A stretch of 32,000 nt of DNA from Vibrio cholerae ATCC 14035 (GCF_000621645.1 NZ_KK211322.1:1-32000), one strand, 5' to 3'; counted from the stretch's first letter, positions 9,949 to 19,839 are shown. The notes: generated by a model from the letters alone, not told the origin. Program-made: numbers and translations.

Positions 9949-10845
9949 ATGCGTGGTCTGGATTATCGGTGGATTGAAGCTCTAGATAGTGTGGTGAGTA
10001 AAGGCAGTTTTGAACGAGCGGCTGAGCAGCTCTTTATCTCCCAATCTGCTGTATCACAACGGATTAAACAGTTAGAAAAATACTTAGCTCAGCCAGTGTT
10101 GATCCGTGAGCAGCCACCAAGGCCAACCTTGGTTGGCAAAAAGTTGCTTGGGCTCTATCGCCGAGTCTGTTTAATCGAACAAGAGTTGGTTCCGGAGTTG
10201 ACGAACCAAGAGCATGTTCGCCCGGTTTCTATGTCGATTGCGACCAATGCAGATAGTCTAGCCACTTGGTTGTTACCGGCGCTGGATAAGGTAATGAAAA
10301 GCCGCCAAGTGGAATTGAATCTGGTGATTTATGGTGAGTCACGTACCCTCGATAAGCTCAAAAATGGTGAAGTGGTCGGTGCAATCAGTTTGGAGCCACA
10401 ACCGATCACTGGGTGTAGCGCTGAGTATTTAGGCCAGATGGAGTATCTGTGCGTCGCAAGCCCAGAGTTCTATCAAAAATACTTTGCTAAGGGGGTCACC
10501 CCGCGTTCATTAATCAAAGCGCCTGCGGTGTCTTACGATCAATATGACGAATTGCACAATAAATTCTTATGGGATTACTTTGCTGTACTACGTGATAAAG
10601 TCATCAACCACACGGTTGGCAGCTCAGAAGCTTTTGTCCGTTTAGCGCTTTCTGGCGCGGCTTACTGTTTGATCCCACGTTTGCAGATCATTTCGGAATT
10701 GGAAAGCGGTGCTCTCATCAATATGACGCCTGATTTTATGCTGTCATATCCGATTTTTTGGCATCATTGGCAGCTTGAAACGGGCGTCTTACTTGAAATT
10801 AGCGACGCGATCACCGCTTATGCGAAAAGCGTACTACCTCAATAA
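9949..10845 (+). CDS. argP: LysR-family regulator ArgP (IciA)
   Basis: 298 aa. [23 protein letters not shown] and [13 protein letters not shown] match E. coli ArgP. SD aaggaaag lies upstream of the ATG. Confidence 0.92.
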   Translation: MRGLDYRWIEALDSVVSKGSFERAAEQLFISQSAVSQRIKQLEKYLAQPVLIREQPPRPTLVGKKLLGLYRRVCLIEQELVPELTNQEHVRPVSMSIATNADSLATWLLPALDKVMKSRQVELNLVIYGESRTLDKLKNGEVVGAISLEPQPITGCSAEYLGQMEYLCVASPEFYQKYFAKGVTPRSLIKAPAVSYDQYDELHNKFLWDYFAVLRDKVINHTVGSSEAFVRLALSGAAYCLIPRLQIISELESGALINMTPDFMLSYPIFWHHWQLETGVLLEISDAITAYAKSVLPQ

Positions 10846-10945
10846 TTGACCGAGTCAAAGTTGTGTAATTTTTATGCGTAGAGACTGAATCTATGCACTG
10901 CTTCGCTTATGATGTGGGCAGTCGATGACATTAAGGATCGAAACG

Positions 10946-11641
10946 ATGAAATTATTTGCACCGGTGGTTTTACTGCTCTCTGTTCTTTCAAGCCCTACCT
11001 TTGCACAGGAATGGGATTTTCCACATATTTCGACTTCAGGTTATGGTGAAGTGACTGCTGTACCTGATATGGCGGAGTTTTCCGTGAAGGTTGTTGAATC
11101 GACAATGAATGCGGAACAAGCGAAAGCGGCAGTGGATAAGGCGGTAACGGAATTCACCTCAAAATTGGTGAAATCCGGTGTCGCACAGCAGAATATCTCG
11201 AGCTCAAATCTGTACATCAACCCGCAATATCACTATCCAGCAAACGGTAAGCCAGAGTTAGTGGGCTATCAAGCTTCTCGCTCGATTACCGTCAGGGTCG
11301 AAGAGGTGAGTAAGCTGAATCAGTATCTGGATATCGCGTTAGAGTCTGGTATCAATCAAGTCAATAGCATTCAATTGAAGGTGCGTGATCAAGAGAAATA
11401 CCAGCAGCAAGCGCGTATGGCGGCGATTGAAGATGCCAAGCTCAAAGCTCAGTCTCTAGCTAAGGGATTTGAGCGCCGCTTAGAAGGCGTTTGGCGGATA
11501 GACTACAACACGCCAAGTGTTGAGCCGATCATGATGCGAGCGGCGAATCTAAGCGAAAAAATGGATGTGGCAGATACCTATCAAGAGTCTTCCTTGGTGA
11601 TTCGTGATCGAGTGGATGTGGTATATAAGTTGGCACCATAG
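10946..11641 (+). CDS. yggE: Periplasmic SIMPL/DUF541 protein, YggE-like
   Basis: MKLFAPVVLLLSVLSSPTFA-QE signal peptide. Collinear with E. coli YggE (PHI.TSG...AVPD..., ...DVVYKL). SD aagga at 10933-10937 favours the ATG at 10946 over the track start at 10925. Confidence 0.85.
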   Translation: MKLFAPVVLLLSVLSSPTFAQEWDFPHISTSGYGEVTAVPDMAEFSVKVVESTMNAEQAKAAVDKAVTEFTSKLVKSGVAQQNISSSNLYINPQYHYPANGKPELVGYQASRSITVRVEEVSKLNQYLDIALESGINQVNSIQLKVRDQEKYQQQARMAAIEDAKLKAQSLAKGFERRLEGVWRIDYNTPSVEPIMMRAANLSEKMDVADTYQESSLVIRDRVDVVYKLAP

Positions 11642-11672
11642 CCAATGTTAAGTCAGCATAATGATGAAGAGT

Positions 11673-11708
11673 GGGGGCGACGAAAGTCGCCCCTATTTGC
11701 TGATTTTT
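11673..11708 (+). terminator. Rho-independent terminator of the yggE-like gene
   Basis: ggggcgac (11674-11681) pairs with gtcgcccc (11686-11693), GAAA tetraloop, T-rich tail. Confidence 0.75.
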
Positions 11709-11973
11709 ATTCATATTTTATACAAAGCCGCTTTTTCGAGATGAGCGAACTTTTTCTATCTTATTGTATTTATTTTAAAAATTGCCGTTTGTCATTTTTT
11801 CATTACAGCTAGACTAAAGTCTAATATTGCTGATTTATTGAGCTAGACTGAGTAATAAGTAAACTACTGACCTTTTCATCAATAATGCTCATTGATTGAA
11901 AGAAAGTGACAGTTACTTTCTGTGGTGCTTAGGCATAGGGAATCAAACACACTGAGCAACTGAGAGGCAGTGT

Positions 11974-12105
11974 ATGTTGAATCATCTTCTGGTCAGACTA
12001 ACGATTGGCTGTTTGTTGGTATTAGGCATTAAGCTCAGCGCACTTTATTTTCTACCTATGGTGCTTTTGCTCAATACTCATCACAAAGAGTTTTTCGGGT
12101 GGTAA
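11974..12105 (+). CDS. Candidate small hydrophobic protein, 43 aa (below the ORF-track cutoff)
   Basis: ATG at 11974 is preceded by gagagg (11962-11967, 6-nt spacing). Translation: MLNHLLVRLTIGCLLVLGIKLSALYFLPMVLLLNTHHKEFFGW. TAA at 12103-12105 abuts a strong terminator. No homologue recognised. Confidence 0.4.
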   Translation: MLNHLLVRLTIGCLLVLGIKLSALYFLPMVLLLNTHHKEFFGW

Positions 12106-12138
12106 TAAAAAACGGAGCCCATTGGGCTCCGTTTTTAT
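12104..12138. terminator. Bidirectional terminator (small ORF on +, pykF on -)
   Basis: aacggagccc (12111-12120) pairs with gggctccgtt (12124-12133), 3-nt loop, A-run upstream and T-run downstream. Confidence 0.85.
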
Positions 12139-12176
12139 ATCGTATTCAGCGAGGCAAGGCCGTCGCATTCATCCGA

Positions 12177-13589
12177 TTACAGTACGTGTACTGATGCAGT
12201 GTTCGTTGTGCCAGAAGCAACCAGTGCGCCTGAAACCATCACTACGATGTCGCCTTTCTTGCCAAGGCCAGATTGCAGCGCAATCTCTTTACCTAGGTGG
12301 TAGAAAGCGTCAGTGTTGTCAATCGCGTCAACCACAACTGGCGTTACACCTTTAGAAAGCACTAACTGAGCTGCTGTTTTCTTGTTGGTGGTGACTGCAA
12401 TAATGTTAGCCGTTGGGAAGTACTTACGAACTGAACGAGCAGATTTACCCGCTTCAGTTGCTACGATGATCAGTGGCGCTGCCAGTTTCTCTGCGGTGTC
12501 TACTGCACCTTTACATACGGCTTCAGTGATACGTAGACGTGGGCTGTCTAGGCGTGAACCCAGTTCTGCTTTCAGTACAGGGTCAGTACGCTCAGCAATT
12601 TGCGCCATGATCTTCACCGCTTCAACTGGGTACTTACCTTTTGCTGTTTCGCCAGAAAGCATTACAGCATCAGTACCATCCATGATCGCGTTCGCAACGT
12701 CGCCCGCTTCTGCGCGAGTTGGACGTGGGTTCTTGATCATTGAATCCAGCATTTGCGTCGCCGTGATAACCACTTTACGTGCACGGTTACATTTCTCGAT
12801 CATCATCTTTTGAGCGAAGATAACTTCTTCTGCTGGGATTTCTACACCTAGGTCGCCACGTGCAACCATGATGCCGTCAGACAGCTCAAGGATCTCATCG
12901 AAGTTGTCCAAGCCTTCTTGGTTTTCGATTTTAGAGATGATTTGAATGTTTTGACCGCCGTGAGAAGCTAATACTTCACGGATTTCTTTCACGTCAGAAC
13001 CTTTACGGATGAAAGAGGCAGCAACGAAATCAACGCCTTGCTCACAACCAAATTTCAGGTCGTTTTTGTCTTTTTCAGACAGCGCTGGCAGATTGACAGA
13101 AACGCCTGGCAGGTTAACACCTTTGTTTTCACCCAGAGCGCCGTTGTTCAGAACTTTACACTTCACTTCAGTGTCAGTGGTCGCCAGTACTTCCATCTCT
13201 ATAAGACCGTCGTCAACCAGAATACGGTTGCCCACGTTCAGGTCTTTTGCAAAACCAGAGTAAGTGACTGCTACGCGCTCTTTGTTACCAACAACTTTCG
13301 TGTCAGTTGTGAAAGTGAACTCTTGGCCAGCGACCAGATCCACATCGTCACCGTTTTCCAGCTTGATAGTACGGATCTCTGGACCTTTAGTATCCAGTAG
13401 GATCGCCAGTTGTTTACCGGTCACTTCCATCACTTTACGGAAGTTAGTGATACGAGTGCCGTGTTCAACGTAGTCACCGTGAGAGAAGTTGAGACGCATA
13501 ACATTCATGCCAGCGTTTACAAGCTCAGTCAGTTTCTCTACAGACTCAGTTTTTGGGCCAATCGTACATACGATTTTGGTCTTTTTCAT
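12177..13589 (-). CDS. pykF: Pyruvate kinase I (FBP-activated type)
   Basis: [20 protein letters not shown]... to ...[11 protein letters not shown] is collinear with the 470-aa E. coli PykF. The ATG at 13589 has GGAG 10 nt upstream. The track ORF start at 13682 is a spurious extension. Confidence 0.96.
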   Translation of the reverse strand: MKKTKIVCTIGPKTESVEKLTELVNAGMNVMRLNFSHGDYVEHGTRITNFRKVMEVTGKQLAILLDTKGPEIRTIKLENGDDVDLVAGQEFTFTTDTKVVGNKERVAVTYSGFAKDLNVGNRILVDDGLIEMEVLATTDTEVKCKVLNNGALGENKGVNLPGVSVNLPALSEKDKNDLKFGCEQGVDFVAASFIRKGSDVKEIREVLASHGGQNIQIISKIENQEGLDNFDEILELSDGIMVARGDLGVEIPAEEVIFAQKMMIEKCNRARKVVITATQMLDSMIKNPRPTRAEAGDVANAIMDGTDAVMLSGETAKGKYPVEAVKIMAQIAERTDPVLKAELGSRLDSPRLRITEAVCKGAVDTAEKLAAPLIIVATEAGKSARSVRKYFPTANIIAVTTNKKTAAQLVLSKGVTPVVVDAIDNTDAFYHLGKEIALQSGLGKKGDIVVMVSGALVASGTTNTASVHVL

Positions 13590-14016
13590 GGAAGAGTTTC
13601 TCCGATAAACAAAATGATTTTGAAGTTGGTGGTGGTTTTGAAGTGTTCTCGGCGGTAGCAACTTTATTTCGTCAATTGCCAAGTCTAGCTCACGAGTTCA
13701 CAGCACTCCAAAACTGAAAGTCTTTCAACAGATTTAGTCATTTTATGACTGACTGTTTGATCAAAAATTTCAGAAAAATCGCCAGTTAGCGGCAGTATGG
13801 CGCGGACTATGGGCGTTATTTTTACTCAATTCTGTAATTTTTTTTCTTTTCGAGGCCGAATTCTACCACTGAATGACAGTAATATCACTGTCTAAGAATT
13901 GTCTTAGGACAAGGTTTTAGCGTGAAATATTAATTTTTTGGATCGAAATAAATGGACTTATTTGTTTCGTTTTAACTATACTTCGTTTCGATTCGTAACT
14001 TTAATTGTGTTTTATA

Positions 14017-14787
14017 ATGTCGAAACGAAATACACAACTGAGAAGGCACACAATAGTTAAGCTGGTTAATGAACAAGGTGAGGTGAGTGTTGAGGCTCTC
14101 TCTTCTCAGTTTGAAACATCAGAAGTGACTATTCGCAAAGACTTAGCTTCTCTTGAAAAAAATGGCCAATTGCTGCGTCGCTATGGTGGTGCTATCGCAT
14201 TACCGAAAGAAGTGATGCACGATGAATTGAATGAAAAAGTTTCAGTTCGAAAGATTTCTCTGGCTAAAGCTGCAGCGAAACTAATCCGTGATCATAATCG
14301 GATTGTGATTGATAGTGGCAGCACCACGGCGGCGTTAATTCAGCAACTGAATGACAAGCGAGGGCTGGTCGTGATGACCAACTCATTGCATGTCGCGAAT
14401 GCACTCAATGAATTAGAAAATGAACCCACACTGCTGATGACTGGCGGTACTTGGGATACCCATTCTGAATCCTTCCAAGGCAAAGTCGCAGAATCGGTAC
14501 TGCGCTCTTACGATTTTGACCAGCTGTTTATCGGTGCTGATGGCATCGATCTTGACCGGGGGACGACCACGTTCAATGAGCTGGTTGGGCTTAGCAAAGT
14601 GATGGCTGAAGTCTCGCGTGAAGTGATCGTGATGATTGAGTCAGACAAAGTGGGCCGCAAAATTCCGAACTTAGAGCTGAGCTGGGACAACATTGATGTC
14701 TTAGTCACAGATCATGAATTGAGTGACGAATTTGCCAAACAAATTGAATCTCACCAAGTGCGCGTGATCCGTGCAACCGTGAAATAA
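14017..14787 (+). CDS. DeoR-family transcriptional regulator (HTH plus sugar-phosphate-binding DeoR-C domain)
   Basis: 256 aa from the ATG at 14017 (the track start at 14005 is TTG). N-terminal HTH (VSVEALSSQFETSEVTIRKDLASLEKNG) and C-terminal DeoR-C motifs (IDSGSTT..., FIGADGID). Sits directly upstream of glmS. Confidence 0.85.
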   Translation: MSKRNTQLRRHTIVKLVNEQGEVSVEALSSQFETSEVTIRKDLASLEKNGQLLRRYGGAIALPKEVMHDELNEKVSVRKISLAKAAAKLIRDHNRIVIDSGSTTAALIQQLNDKRGLVVMTNSLHVANALNELENEPTLLMTGGTWDTHSESFQGKVAESVLRSYDFDQLFIGADGIDLDRGTTTFNELVGLSKVMAEVSREVIVMIESDKVGRKIPNLELSWDNIDVLVTDHELSDEFAKQIESHQVRVIRATVK

Positions 14788-14849
14788 AAATCCCTTAGCG
14801 CGACTTATTAAGTCAGGGCGCGACAGTATAAAAAATATGGAGTTTAACT

Positions 14850-16682
14850 ATGTGTGGAATTGTTGGTGCGGTTGCACAACGCGATGTTGCTGAAATTTTA
14901 GTACAAGGCCTACGCCGTCTTGAATACCGCGGCTATGACTCTGCGGGCGTAGCTGTTGTGGATAGCGATAAGCAGCTCACGCGTTTACGCCGTTTGGGTA
15001 AAGTACAAGAGTTGGCGGATGCGGTTGAAGCGGCGCAAGTCGCGGGCGGTACAGGTATCGCGCATACCCGTTGGGCAACGCATGGTGAGCCTTCTGAGAT
15101 CAATGCTCACCCCCATATTTCTGGTGACATTACGGTGGTACACAACGGCATTATCGAAAACCATGAAATGCTGCGTACTATGCTGCAAGATCGTGGTTAT
15201 GTGTTTACTTCACAAACGGATACTGAAGTCATTGCTCATTTAGTGGAGTGGGAATTGCGCAGTGCTTCCTCTTTATTAGAAGCGGTACAAACCACCGTTA
15301 AACAGCTTACAGGAGCTTACGGCACTGTGGTGATGGATCGTAACGACCCTTCGCGCTTAGTGGTCGCTCGCTCAGGTAGCCCAATTGTGATTGGTTTTGG
15401 TATCGGTGAAAACTTCCTTGCGTCAGACCAACTCGCGCTACTTAACGTCACACGCCGCTTTATGTATCTGGAAGAGGGGGATGTAGCGGAAATGACTCGT
15501 CGTGATGTGCGCGTATTTGATGCTCTGGGGCAACCCGTACAACGTGAAATCAGCGAATCCAATCTAGAACATGATGCTGCGGACAAAGGTCACTACCGCC
15601 ACTACATGCAAAAAGAGATTTTCGAGCAGCCAAAGGCGCTGATCAATACCATGGAAGGGCGTATTACCCATGACTGCGTGGTGGTGGAAAGCATTGGTGT
15701 GCACGCGGCAGAGATTCTGGCAAAAGTGGAACATGTACAGATCGTCGCCTGCGGTACTTCTTATAATGCAGGGATGACGGCACGTTACTGGTTTGAATCG
15801 TTAGCGGGTGTGAGCTGTGATGTCGAAATCGCGTCTGAATTCCGCTATCGCAAATTTGTCACGCGCCCCAATAGCCTACTGATCACTCTATCTCAGTCTG
15901 GTGAAACGGCAGATACCTTAGCCGCGCTACGTTTAGCGAAAGAGAAAGGCTATATGGCGGCGATGACGATTTGTAACGTTGCGGGTTCTTCTCTCGTGCG
16001 TGAATCGGATTTCGCCTTTATGACTCGCGCAGGTACTGAGATTGGTGTGGCTTCAACCAAAGCCTTTACCACTCAGCTAGTCACATTGTTGATGCTGGTG
16101 ACTGCACTTGGTAAGCAGCAACAGCGCATTGGTCGCGAGTTAGAAGCTGAGATCGTACATGCATTGCATCAACTGCCGAAGCAGATTGAAACCGCATTGT
16201 CGTTTGAAAAACAGATCGAAACGCTCGCGGAAGATTTTGCTGATAAGCATCATACCCTCTTCTTGGGGCGCGGTGAGTACTACCCGATTGCGGTAGAAGC
16301 GTCTCTTAAACTGAAAGAGATCTCTTACATCCACGCAGAAGCCTATGCAGCGGGCGAGCTAAAGCATGGCCCATTGGCGTTAATTGATGCGGATATGCCA
16401 GTGGTTGTGGTTGCACCAAGCAATGAACTGTTAGAAAAGCTTAAATCCAATATTGAAGAAGTGCGTGCGCGCGGTGGTTTATTGTACGTATTTTCCGATG
16501 AAGTGGCGGGCTTTGAAGCGGATGAGACGATGAAAATCATTGCGATGCCGCATGTTAGCGAGATTGTGGCTCCGATTTATTACACCATCCCAATGCAACT
16601 GCTCTCTTACCATGTGGCTTTAATCAAAGGTACCGATGTTGACCAGCCTCGTAACCTTGCTAAAGCGGTAACTGTCGAGTAA
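14850..16682 (+). CDS. glmS: Glutamine--fructose-6-phosphate aminotransferase
   Basis: 610 aa. [17 protein letters not shown]... to ...[13 protein letters not shown] is collinear with E. coli GlmS. SD ggag at 14839-14842. Confidence 0.97.
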   Translation: MCGIVGAVAQRDVAEILVQGLRRLEYRGYDSAGVAVVDSDKQLTRLRRLGKVQELADAVEAAQVAGGTGIAHTRWATHGEPSEINAHPHISGDITVVHNGIIENHEMLRTMLQDRGYVFTSQTDTEVIAHLVEWELRSASSLLEAVQTTVKQLTGAYGTVVMDRNDPSRLVVARSGSPIVIGFGIGENFLASDQLALLNVTRRFMYLEEGDVAEMTRRDVRVFDALGQPVQREISESNLEHDAADKGHYRHYMQKEIFEQPKALINTMEGRITHDCVVVESIGVHAAEILAKVEHVQIVACGTSYNAGMTARYWFESLAGVSCDVEIASEFRYRKFVTRPNSLLITLSQSGETADTLAALRLAKEKGYMAAMTICNVAGSSLVRESDFAFMTRAGTEIGVASTKAFTTQLVTLLMLVTALGKQQQRIGRELEAEIVHALHQLPKQIETALSFEKQIETLAEDFADKHHTLFLGRGEYYPIAVEASLKLKEISYIHAEAYAAGELKHGPLALIDADMPVVVVAPSNELLEKLKSNIEEVRARGGLLYVFSDEVAGFEADETMKIIAMPHVSEIVAPIYYTIPMQLLSYHVALIKGTDVDQPRNLAKAVTVE

Positions 16683-16695
16683 ATGTTCAATAAAT

Positions 16696-16727
16696 CAAAG
16701 GGCTACCAGATGGTAGCCCTTTGTTTA
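16696..16727. terminator. Terminator between convergent glmS (+) and the TRAP binding-protein gene (-)
   Basis: caaagggctacca (16696-16708) pairs with tggtagccctttg (16711-16723), followed by tttgttta. Confidence 0.8.
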
Positions 16728-16742
16728 TCCAGCGCATTGCCA

Positions 16743-17822
16743 TTAAGGATTGGTATTTAAGTACGCTTGTGTCGAGATCCGAGTCCAATCACGCACTTTG
16801 GTTAAGTAAGCCTGCTGAGAGTCGATGATCTCTTTAGCGAGCGGATCGCTTGCTGCCTGCTCTTGCAGAAGTTCATTGTTGGCTTGGCGTAGTGCGGCAA
16901 GTACTGCGGGTGGAAAATCACGAACTTTGATGTCTGGGTACTCACTTTTCATCGCTGCCCAGCTCGTCGCATTCGCATCGATCGCTTGGTTGTACATATC
17001 GAAAGCGGCGACGCGGAAAGCGGTTTCTAAGATCACTTGGATGTCTTTTGGTAGCGTATCCCACTTCTTCTTATTGACTAAAAATTGCGTTTCGGAGCCC
17101 GGTTCATGCCATGCGGTGTAGTAATAAGGGGCAATTTTATGAAAGCCCATGCGCAGATCAAAGGCTGGGCCAACCCATTCCAGTGCGTCGATGGTGCCGC
17201 GTTCTAGCGAGGTATAAAGCTCCCCCGGTGCAATGTTCGTGGGTTTCGCGCCAAGTTTTGCCAACACTTCACCCGCAAATCCCGGAATACGCATTTTCAG
17301 CCCTTGCAGATCGTCAACGCTGTTGATCTCTTTTTTAAACCATCCGCCCATTTGAATATCTGAGTTACCGCCCGGAAACGACAAGAGGTTATGCGGCGCG
17401 TACACCTTCTCCATCAACGGCATCCCGCCGCCATAATAGAACCAAGCGTATTGCTCAGTTGCGATCATGCCAAACGGCATCGAAGAGAAAAAGAGGGTAT
17501 TCGGAACCTTGCCTTTCCAATAATAAGAGCTGGAGTGACCGAGATCGTATTGACCGGATTTCACCATATCAAACACGCCCAGCGGTGCTTTGTGTTTGTT
17601 GGCCGAGTCGATACGGATTTGAATGCGGCCATTGGACATTTCAGCGGCCAATTTCGCCATGTTTTTTGGTGCATCGCCGAGGATAGGAGTATTCGCCCCC
17701 CACGTTTCGGCCAGCGTCAGTTTATAAACGGGTGGTTCGTTGGCCTGCGCGGTTCCTAAAACTGTGCTCAGGACAAGGGCCAGCATGATGCGGCTTTTAT
17801 TTAAATAGGTTGTGATTGGCAT
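16743..17822 (-). CDS. TRAP-transporter periplasmic solute-binding protein, DctP family (TakP-like)
   Basis: 359 aa with a signal peptide (...LGTAQA-NE). Motifs GHSSSYYW, MGGWFKKEI, LKMRIPGFAGEVL and GTIDALEWVGP resemble my recollection of the alpha-keto-acid-binding TakP subfamily. No dctQ/dctM in the window. Confidence 0.8.
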   Translation of the reverse strand: MPITTYLNKSRIMLALVLSTVLGTAQANEPPVYKLTLAETWGANTPILGDAPKNMAKLAAEMSNGRIQIRIDSANKHKAPLGVFDMVKSGQYDLGHSSSYYWKGKVPNTLFFSSMPFGMIATEQYAWFYYGGGMPLMEKVYAPHNLLSFPGGNSDIQMGGWFKKEINSVDDLQGLKMRIPGFAGEVLAKLGAKPTNIAPGELYTSLERGTIDALEWVGPAFDLRMGFHKIAPYYYTAWHEPGSETQFLVNKKKWDTLPKDIQVILETAFRVAAFDMYNQAIDANATSWAAMKSEYPDIKVRDFPPAVLAALRQANNELLQEQAASDPLAKEIIDSQQAYLTKVRDWTRISTQAYLNTNP

Positions 17823-18045
17823 AACTTCCTCATTGTTATCGTTATTGAAGCTGTAGAGTCTAAGTTGCTGAAAAAAGAGTCAATCATCAAGGGTGGCAGA
17901 AGGGGAGGAGTGTTTTAGTCTGAAATACTAACTTTGCGTGTAAATGAAGCATGATACCAATGACTAGTCAGTATCAAACTGGCGATATTGAGAGGAAATT
18001 TTGACTCGATAGCATTTTATTTTGATTCCAGAAATGTTTGATGGG

Positions 18046-18074
18046 TCACGCCAAGATGAAGCACCTTGGCGTGA
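18046..18074 (-). terminator. Strong hairpin just downstream of olsF, no U-tract
   Basis: tcacgccaag (18046-18055) pairs with cttggcgtga (18065-18074), 9-nt loop, 4 nt after the olsF stop. No T-run on either strand, so terminator function is uncertain. Confidence 0.35.
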
Positions 18075-18078
18075 TGGG

Positions 18079-19839
18079 TTAGATATCGCTGAAATATTGG
18101 TGGGTGGCAAGATAGCGCAGAGCTTCAGATTGCCCCATGTAACGCGCTAAGGTTTTCGTGGGCACATTGCGAAGATCAACTACGATCAAGCCATCTAGTG
18201 CGTTATTGAACGCAGGATCCACATTAAAGCTCACCAGCTTTCCGTTTAATCCTAGATACTGGCGTAGTAGCACCGGAATTCCCTTTCCTTCATCGATCCG
18301 AGCAATCACTCGTGACAGGAGTTGCAAGTCGGCAAGTGACGTCAAAAGGCTGGCATTCCATTGTGCTTGCCCTGTAGGTAGAGGGTTGGTGGCCATCACT
18401 AACTCGGCTTGTTCACTATCGTAATAATGCAGAGTCATGGTATCGGCGAGTAAACGTCTGGCTTGTTCACTGTAATCGTTGCTGATACTCACAGGGCCAA
18501 AAAGGTGGGTATATTGTGGGTGGCGTTCGACATAAGTACCAATGCCTTTCCAAAGCAAAAGCAGGGCCGCCATGCTTTTTTGATATTGGCTGTCAATCAC
18601 CGAACGCCCCATTTCAATCGCATTGCCCATGTTATTGAGGAAGCGTTGATCATAATGAAATAGGGTACTGGAGTAGAGGCCGCTGATCCCCTTGTGCTCA
18701 ATAAGCTTATCAACGAGCCCTAAACGGTATGCGCCCACCAGCTGATTTTTCTCTCTATCCCAAATGAATAGGTGAAGGTAATCGCGATCAAATCGATCAA
18801 TATCCAGCGCACAGCCCGTTCCTTCGCCCACCTCACGGAAATTCAACTCGCGAATGCGGCCAATTTCATGCATCAACGAAGGAATGTTATCCGCTGTGGT
18901 GCAATACACATCAAATTGGTTATGGCGCAGCATATGGTCGGCGTAAGGCAACTGCGCGATATCTTCGAGCAGATCGGCTAATGGAAGGCGCTCTGCAACG
19001 GGAGGCAAGGATCGATCACTGGCGGTCTTGTTGCGCACGGGAGAAGATTGCAAAAGATAGGTATTGAGGCGCAGATAATTGACCAACTGTTGATCACAAA
19101 GATGCTGTACTTCGCTGTGTGAAATCCCCTCACCAATCGCGATACCAATTTGAGTATGCTGCTTATTGAGCAGCTCGCGCCCCAACATCAAGGTGCGCAG
19201 CATAGGGTGAATTTTTCCTGCAAGGTAAAAAGGGGTTGAGTTATGGCCATCAATATAAACTGGGACCGTATGCGCTTGATGTTTTTTAACGAGGCGGCTG
19301 ACCGATTGGCTCCACTCTTTGTCCTCCAAACGACCTTGCTTGCTGTCAACCAATTGGGAGACTTCCCCAGCAGGAAACATCAGTAGCAACCCACCTTGCT
19401 CAAGGTGTTTATGCGCTTGACGAAGGGCATGCAGATTCGCTTTTGCGGCATCGGCACCTTCAAACACATCGACGCCGATAAATAGTGAGGTAAGCTCGGG
19501 CACCAGCTTTAAATACTGATTAGCGAGAATTTTTACATCTGAGCGAACGCAAAGCAGCAGCTCAGCCAAAATCACCCCTTCAACGCAGCCTAAAGGATGG
19601 TTAGCGACCACGATAGTTGCCCCTTGAGCTGGAACATGTGTGAGCTTGCCGCGTACTACTTGATAATCGATACCAAGAACATCCAAGGTAAAGCGCAAAA
19701 ACGCTTGAGTATCACCGCTTGCTGGACGTTGAGCATAGAATTGATTGAGACGTTTCAGTCCTGTTGCCCATTCCGCTAAGTGTTCACCTAAACCAAATGG
19801 GGTTTTTCGTGGCAGAACAAATGGAGAAGTAGAAAGCAT
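18079..19839 (-). CDS. olsF: Bifunctional two-domain acyltransferase, OlsF-type ornithine-lipid synthase (often annotated 'putative hemolysin')
   Basis: 586 aa. The N-terminal half is PlsC-like (VVANHPLGCVEGV acyltransferase box, FPAGEVS). The C-terminal half is OlsB/GNAT-like (FREVGEGTG...LFIWDREKNQLVGAYRLG). SD aagagg lies 5 nt before the ATG at 19839. From memory, the V. cholerae homologue (VC0489) is reported to be OlsF. Confidence 0.8.
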   Translation of the reverse strand: MLSTSPFVLPRKTPFGLGEHLAEWATGLKRLNQFYAQRPASGDTQAFLRFTLDVLGIDYQVVRGKLTHVPAQGATIVVANHPLGCVEGVILAELLLCVRSDVKILANQYLKLVPELTSLFIGVDVFEGADAAKANLHALRQAHKHLEQGGLLLMFPAGEVSQLVDSKQGRLEDKEWSQSVSRLVKKHQAHTVPVYIDGHNSTPFYLAGKIHPMLRTLMLGRELLNKQHTQIGIAIGEGISHSEVQHLCDQQLVNYLRLNTYLLQSSPVRNKTASDRSLPPVAERLPLADLLEDIAQLPYADHMLRHNQFDVYCTTADNIPSLMHEIGRIRELNFREVGEGTGCALDIDRFDRDYLHLFIWDREKNQLVGAYRLGLVDKLIEHKGISGLYSSTLFHYDQRFLNNMGNAIEMGRSVIDSQYQKSMAALLLLWKGIGTYVERHPQYTHLFGPVSISNDYSEQARRLLADTMTLHYYDSEQAELVMATNPLPTGQAQWNASLLTSLADLQLLSRVIARIDEGKGIPVLLRQYLGLNGKLVSFNVDPAFNNALDGLIVVDLRNVPTKTLARYMGQSEALRYLATHQYFSDI

